Positions 58,093 through 64,000 of a DNA stretch of 64,000 bases are shown piece by piece. This stretch comes from Scyliorhinus canicula (Eukaryota): positions 62,001 through 126,000 of the forward strand of contig NW_024055493.1 of NCBI RefSeq assembly GCF_902713615.1. Reading direction: 5' to 3'. The position numbers and the translations under genes are program-made. Under the pieces are notes generated by a model that searched no databases, had not been told where the DNA came from, and saw nothing but the letters and a program-made list of their open reading frames with translations. The stretch's first letter is position 1; each line of letters opens with the position of its first letter.

Positions 58093-59841
58093 TCAGTCCG
58101 TTTCGTCCACATTAGTCTGTCCTGACTGGATCCCTATACTATGGATCGGTTTTGTTTTATTCCGATTCAGAGTGCCTGTCTGCTGGCCTCTCTGTGATCT
58201 CTGGGGTCCATTACATTCCTTAGCCCAATGTCCTAACTGGCCACAGTTGTAGCATTCCTGCGACTTCTGTGGAGGGCTGCTCTTTCCTTCATTCACCCAT
58301 GCGGGTTTTTGGTGCTCTCTCACTGCCTGTATGTCTGCTGCAGCCTGAGCCTCTTCTGGGGATTGAACTTTACCTCTGCCCTGAACTGATTGCTCCCAAG
58401 CGCGGGACAATCTTTTCAGGACCCACTTCTCATTATGGGCTTCCTCTGAGGGGTCATAGCTGTTGGAAGCGCTCTGTCCTGCTTCTGTTGCATGAGCAAT
58501 TATGGTGCGCGTCCATTTAACCATATTTTCACGGTTCAAATGGGCTCTATTTAAATCGCCAAATACTGCGTTAAAATGGATCCACAGCCTTCCGGCGAAT
58601 GCTGTGGGGTGCTCGGATTTCTTCTGCCGGCACTTATTAAGTCCTTCTACGGGGTCACCTCGATTATACCCTATGGCATCTAAAATGGAGGTGTGCATTT
58701 CCTCTAGGGTGCCTCCACCAACGTTCTGTGGGTCGGGGAGGGCTGCTACAACCGATGGGTCTGAACTCAGAACTGTGAGTTTAACCTGCTCTCTCTCGTC
58801 CAGGCCGTACATGGTAGCCTGTTGCTTTACCTTTGCGAAAAACTGGTGGGGGTCTGCGGTGGGGAGAAACGGAGTGATCTTCTCACACGCGTCCCTGAGT
58901 TGGGTTACAGTTAAGGGGGTGGTGTAAGTTATATCGGGTGCGCCTTCTATGGTCGCTTTTCTCTGGGTGGTGACTGGATTCATTGGAATGGTAAGGAGCT
59001 GATCTGTGGGGGGTTGGGGTGCTTGCCTTTTCTGCTGCGCTGCTGGCGCACATGTTCCCTGAACATAACGCTGCGCTGTCTCACTTAACTCTTTCCAGTC
59101 TAGGGCATTCTCCTCATCTAACTGCGTTCCAAAGGTGCTTTGAAACCCATTTTGCACCAAAAGCAGCGATTGCAGCTCTGCAATCTGCTTCCTGTATTTC
59201 GCGTGATCTACTGTACTTTGCCTTTGTTCTGTGGTGGCAGCATGGAGTGCTCTCAAAGCTGCTTTAAGGTCAGAGCATTGCCTCTGCAAAGCCTCTACCT
59301 GCTTCTCTGATTCTTCTCTTATCAGGACGGCACGTTGCACGTCCTGATAGGCCTTTTCGTACTGGGTCTGGGAACTGCTGAGATGGGCTAGACAAGACTG
59401 ATGTGCCCTCTTGGCATCATCCACCTCTCTACCTTTCTCTGCCAACTTCCCTCTAAGATCCATGTTTTCCTTTTCGATGTCCCTGACATCCACTTTACTC
59501 ATTCTATCTCTTTCTTCTAATTCTGCCCGGAGCGTCTGAACGACCTCCTCTGTGCCTCGCAATTGTGCCAAACAGGACACAATCGCCATCGGCTTACGTG
59601 CTTTACTCATGTTTTTCTTGTGAATTTGAGAGAGGTTCTCCCACCAAGTATGTCCTATACTTCCGGGACCTATCTCCTCATTCAAACAAAACTCTTTCCA
59701 AAGGGGCCATCCCTTTCCTTGCAGATATTTGCGGAGTTCCAGCTCCCACATGGGACACTGACCTACTTGGCAACTGCTGCTGGTCGCTGCGACCACAAAC
59801 CGTTCTGGGTTCATGAGGCGTTCCATTGCCTGCATGGCCAT
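58093..59841 (-). CDS. gag: Gag with an N-terminal coiled coil and a single CCHC knuckle
   Basis: First ATG at 59841 (MAMQAM). Heptad-rich EEVVQTLRAELEERD...QIAELQSLL; capsid-like middle region; CYNCGQLGHWAKEC; ends in TGA. Confidence 0.92.
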   Translation of the reverse strand: MAMQAMERLMNPERFVVAATSSSCQVGQCPMWELELRKYLQGKGWPLWKEFCLNEEIGPGSIGHTWWENLSQIHKKNMSKARKPMAIVSCLAQLRGTEEVVQTLRAELEERDRMSKVDVRDIEKENMDLRGKLAEKGREVDDAKRAHQSCLAHLSSSQTQYEKAYQDVQRAVLIREESEKQVEALQRQCSDLKAALRALHAATTEQRQSTVDHAKYRKQIAELQSLLLVQNGFQSTFGTQLDEENALDWKELSETAQRYVQGTCAPAAQQKRQAPQPPTDQLLTIPMNPVTTQRKATIEGAPDITYTTPLTVTQLRDACEKITPFLPTADPHQFFAKVKQQATMYGLDEREQVKLTVLSSDPSVVAALPDPQNVGGGTLEEMHTSILDAIGYNRGDPVEGLNKCRQKKSEHPTAFAGRLWIHFNAVFGDLNRAHLNRENMVKWTRTIIAHATEAGQSASNSYDPSEEAHNEKWVLKRLSRAWEQSVQGRGKVQSPEEAQAAADIQAVREHQKPAWVNEGKSSPPQKSQECYNCGQLGHWAKECNGPQRSQRGQQTGTLNRNKTKPIHSIGIQSGQTNVDETD

Positions 59842-60138
59842 TTTTCTCTGACTCACTTTAAATTTAGAACAGGGGGTGTTGAGGTTATGTCTCACGAAAC
59901 GGGTAAGGCTTACGCTATGTTCCGTTCACAAAACTACCGAAAGTTTGTCGCAACAAAAATGCTTTCAGGTTTTCCTTACAACCCTGTTAGTACGCATGCA
60001 CTAAACACACTTCCGAATTACGTTTATTCCTTTGAACACCTTGAATATTTGTGATTTCTTTCCTTTTTCTTTACCAGATTTCTAATTCAAATTTCAGGGT
60101 CCTCGATGGAGTGGGGGTACCACTTGTAACCGTGTCCC

Positions 60139-60153
60139 GTCAGGATGTCGCCA
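60139..60153 (-). promoter_or_regulatory. Candidate primer-binding site (TGGCGACATCCTGAC...)
   Basis: TGG starts 5 nt inside the 5' LTR boundary on -. The priming tRNA is not confidently assigned. Confidence 0.6.
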
Positions 60154-60158
60154 CTAAA

Positions 60159-61122
60159 TGTTGCACGTTTTGCTATGGGTGCAAAACGCGTTTATTGGGG
60201 TGTATTAACTTGCCTCTGTTAAAGGCCGTGTGCTTAACACCACTAGGCTCTGTATGTGTATTTTTCAGCTCAGGAGTCGCCAGATGCCGTATAGACACCT
60301 CACAAATATTCCAAGGTCAGGTTCAAAGTAATAAAACGATACACCGATTAGTAAGTTCCAAACGATCAATATTTATTATACAATTATAATAAATACGCAT
60401 GCACACACTAAGGGACTAAGCTATGACTAAACTAAGCAAACAGAATACTTAACTACACAGGAACAGGCAAGGTCAGGGAGCGAGGCCTTCGTCCCGGTCT
60501 TGGTCTGCAACCTTCAGAAAGCGTGCTGGTCACTGGGGGTCTAGCGGGCTTGGTTCGCGTAGCGAGCGTCGTATTGGCACTTACGGTTCGGCGGCTGGTG
60601 CTCAACGGCTGGAGTCAGGATACACGTTCAAGGTCTTGGTCAAAGCCGGAGCACGAAACAACAGACAGGACCATGTGTGGGGGTCTACTTTTATAGGGGT
60701 CCCCAATGTCCTTGCCTTTTCCTGGGCGGGCTTTACCTTCAGGTATCGATTGGATCGCTTCCAATCGATATCTTTTGAATTCCTCCAATGTGAGGGTCTT
60801 TCTCGATGGTGGGGGCGGTTTCTATAGTGGATACTTCTGGTGCCGCTCTGTCTGGACATCCACTCAAGTATCTTATTCAAACCCAAATGTTGCCATTGTG
60901 TGTGCCTAGATCTGGACTGCCTCATTAGTATGTAAAACGTTCTGCCATTATCACCTTTGGTTTGAGATCTTCCACCTGGCCAGAAACTGGTTTTGCTGCT
61001 TGCAAAATGCTAATGAGTGTTTGCAGGCTGTTTGCCTTGGCTAAACTGTTTTTCCCTGCAGTCTTAGCGATTCTCCATTTTGTTTAGTTCAGTGTCCATT
61101 TTAGGTGGCTACAGTGGCTACA
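60159..61122 (-). repeat. 5' LTR (964 bp)
   Basis: Direct repeat of 51426-52389. Confidence 0.97.
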
Positions 61123-61689
61123 CGGTGCAGACTCGATGGGCCGAATGGCCTCCTTCAGCACTCTATGTTGTATTAGAACACTGCAATCATTTTAGTAGAT
61201 CAGCACTGCCCCGTTTCCAAGACAAACATTTAGGTGGATTGGACATGATAAATTGCCCTTCGTGCCCAAAATTGCCCTTAGTGTTGGGTGGGGTTACTGG
61301 GTTATGGGGATAGGGTGGAGGTGTTAACCTTGGGTAGGGTGCTCTTTCCAGGAGCCGGTGCAGACTCGATGGGCAGAATGGCCTCCTTCTGCACTGTAAA
61401 TTCTATGATCTATGATTTGTTCGGTGAAAAATCCTGTTCCCAAAACTAAATTGTCTCAGATCAAATAAACGAAATAGATGATTAAAGCATCTGATCAAAC
61501 CGCACCGTTGTTAAGCTGCAACGATCATGTCCATCTGTCGTTTAATACCCTCAGTGGAAAGGTTCTGGACTAAATGTAATTACATTGTCTACACCAATGC
61601 AGACAAAATGAGGAGATTTTTCAGCAAACGACTATTGTTTTGTGAATTCGATAGGAAATCTATTGCATTAATAAACAATATTTATATTG

Positions 61690-61990
61690 AAAACAACATT
61701 GGGAAGCTGAATCCAACTTTTCATGTCAGTTGGTCAGGGACACTTTGTTAATTGAGGCGAATTGCACGAATTCTGCAGAAACTCCTCCTGGGGGGTTGAA
61801 CAATGTATCAAAGGGAAGAAATTCAGGTTTATGGCGTGAGAGGAGGAAATTTAGATTAATTTGTTTGTTCTTTGTTAAATAATTAGCATGGAAACGATGG
61901 GTTGAAGAGCTTCTTATTGTGCTACCCTGTTTTCTAATCGTTTCAGTCATTGTTAGATCAGTCTGTCCACAACACTCATAATGATAACAG
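61690..61990 (-). pseudogene. Possible heavily decayed TCR V relic
   Basis: One frame reads ...KQGSTIRSSSTHRFHANYL...HKPEFL...FASINKVSLTN*HEKLDSASQCC, with V-like spacing of PEFL, ASI, SLT and DSAxxxC. Cys23, Trp41 and the RSS are not recognisable. Confidence 0.4.
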
Positions 61991-63479
61991 CTGAATTCTT
62001 CAAAACAAAGACCGAATCTGTAACTGGATGACGACGCAGTCCCTGCCAAGATTTTAATCGTGGTTCTTTCTGTTGAAAAAGAAATGAAAAAATGTTGTGA
62101 GGTGAATGTCATAACGATTACACTTCAGAAACACAAACCCAATAGGCCTGTCCACAGTGTAAAGCTTTGCGGCCCTGCAGCAGAACCTTGCGTTTTGAAG
62201 AAACTAAATTCAACTGGTATCATTCGGAATGTTGGATACAGACTGATCGAACAATGTCATCATAAAATGACATGGCACATTGTGAATATGTCAACGTTTT
62301 ATAAAGAGCTTTGCAATTAAACCTGATTCCCCTTTCTCTCGCCATTAAACCTGCGTTTTCTACCTTTCAAAACAGAGTCGAATTCCCTTTAAAAAATCTC
62401 TTGAGCTAAGTATAAACAATTTGGAATACGTCCAAGGGTTTCTTTAGTATCCTTGCACAATGTCTGACAAAGCTTCACTGCCCCGACCGTATGAAAAATC
62501 GGAATTTCGATTCTTGTCAACCCTTTGAACCAAAATGCATTTATGTAGTTGATACAATGCCGACGTTTATTCGACCCAAGCACGTCCTCATTTTCTCAAT
62601 CAGATTACACAATGTGATTCCCCTCACAAAAGCTATTATTGAACATAAAGAAATGATTGCTCCAGCGCTGGTTAGATCACTTCAGATGGGTTGTGTATGG
62701 TTCCTGTGATCTCAGTAGGGAGCTGTTGCTGTGTCACGATCACTGCCCTCTATGAAATACATTGTTGTATCAGTTTGTCTGCAGCATTCCTAATGGTACC
62801 AGCTGAATTCCATTTCTCCAAAACAAAGGCACATCTTTCTGCTGCATGACATTACAATTTAACAGCCCAGAAAGGTGACGCGGGGAAGACTAAATCCATA
62901 TGTTTCAGTGTAGTGGTGTTCATGCTCAGTTAGCTTGCAAACGTTTGCCGGCTCAAAGGTGAAGAACGTATTTTCAAAAGTTCTTCATTTAGATTGAGGA
63001 AATTGTGCATAATACATGGCTGCTGTTGAATATTATTTGCACATGGTATGTTACGGATATATTATAACACCACCCAGTTTCCAAGACAAATATTTATCCT
63101 CGGTTTCGAGAGGTAACTAGGTGTGTCGATTAGGACAGTGCAGTTAATGTGGACTGCACGCACCTCATTAAGGCTTTTTACAAGATCCCACAGAGAAGAC
63201 TGATTAAGAAGGTAAGAATCCTTCCGTTCTGGGAATTGAATCATAAATAGTCATAGGGCCATAGAGTTTAACAGCACAGCACCATCATGTCTGCGCCGGC
63301 CATCAAGGGCCGATCTATTCTAATCCTGCTTTCAAAGATTTGTTTCGAAGATAGAGATCATGGCATCATGTTGTTGAACTCAAAGTTGAGTCCAGAAAAC
63401 TGTAAAGTGCCGAATCCGAAGCTGAGATGTTGTTCTCTCAGTTTATGCTGGGGTTCACTGGAATATTGCAGCAGATCCA

Positions 63480-63740
63480 GGACAGAAATGTGAACAGGAG
63501 CCAAAATTATGAATCGCAATGACAATTGATATGTTCGTGGAGGTCATGCTTACAGGCTTTGAAAAGGCGTTCAACAAAATGACGCCCCAGGCTGCCTTGG
63601 GCCTCCCCAGTGCAGAGAAGACTGCATTGCGAGCACCGAATGCAGTAGACTAAATTGAAAGAAGTGAAATCAAATCGCTGTGGCACCTTCAATAAGCCTT
63701 TGTGTCCTTGGATGGTGATGGGAGGGAGGCCAATGGGCAT
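63480..63740 (-). mobile_element. Penelope-like element GIY-YIG endonuclease remnant
   Basis: FDFTSFNLVYCIRCSQCSLLCTGE...LGRHFVE resembles the Penelope NxVYxIxCxxC..YIGET motif; decayed. Confidence 0.6.
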
Positions 63741-64000
63741 CTGTCAGACATACTGGGATTCCATGAGAAACTACTGAGGGAAGCGAGCGAAGCTTTCGGG
63801 CGTTGGTTGGTTTTCAAATCAATAACTGGTTTCTGGTTGTGTTATTGAGAACAACAGCGAGATCATTATTCAGGATATCTACTAGAATGTTAGAATTTGA
63901 GGGTGGCACTCTGGTTAGCACTGCTGCCTCACGGCGCTGAGGACCCGCGTTCGATCCCGGCCTTGGACACTGTCCGTGTGAAGTTTGCACATCCTCCCCG

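Larger units (their letters stand above)
51426..61122 (-). mobile_element. Full-length, recently inserted retrovirus-like LTR element (spuma/loki-like ERV or basal relative), no env
   Basis: Two 964-bp TG...CA LTRs, a 4-bp TSD cggt (51422-51425 and 61123-61126), PBS, PPT, and intact gag and pol. It is inserted into the tail of an HE1 SINE whose halves rejoin across it. Confidence 0.97.

Noticed and set aside
55072-59267. Plus-strand ORFs antisense to gag/pol (e.g. 57581-58252, 223 aa; 55475-55951)
   Set aside because: They are shadows of the long sense ORFs, with no motifs and no antisense promoter evidence.

Overview
This is shark (elasmobranch) genomic DNA, not microbial. HE1-type and Deu-type SINEs, CR1, L1 and Tx1 LINEs, and shark-type antigen-receptor segments all point that way. 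The window looks like part of a T-cell receptor alpha/delta V cluster. Its core is one complete NAR-TCR cassette on +: a leader, a VNAR-like V with 22-bp-spacer RSS, a 12/12 D, a 23-RSS J, then a leaderless 'supporting' TCR V (38785-44979). The supporting V has lost its second canonical Cys. Its 23-RSS has expanded into a 1.2-kb tandem array of 20 heptamer-spacer units, 19 of them with a nonamer (44980-46178). This array is the most unusual feature in the window. An intact TCR alpha/delta V lies on - (48195-48801), and there are probable V relics near 30.3 kb and 61.7 kb. A very young, intact 9.7-kb retrovirus-like LTR element on - (51426-61122) has a foamy/loki-like Pol with two RNase H domains and an in-frame UGA between gag and pol. 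It has no env, but a small type-I membrane protein ORF sits at the env position. The window also holds a young 5'-truncated L1, many CR1/SINE copies, a hAT MITE, an intact-looking tRNA-Glu, a tRNA-Arg pseudogene, minisatellites and a 369-nt N gap. All calls are by eye from the sequence and ORF track; no database searches were run.
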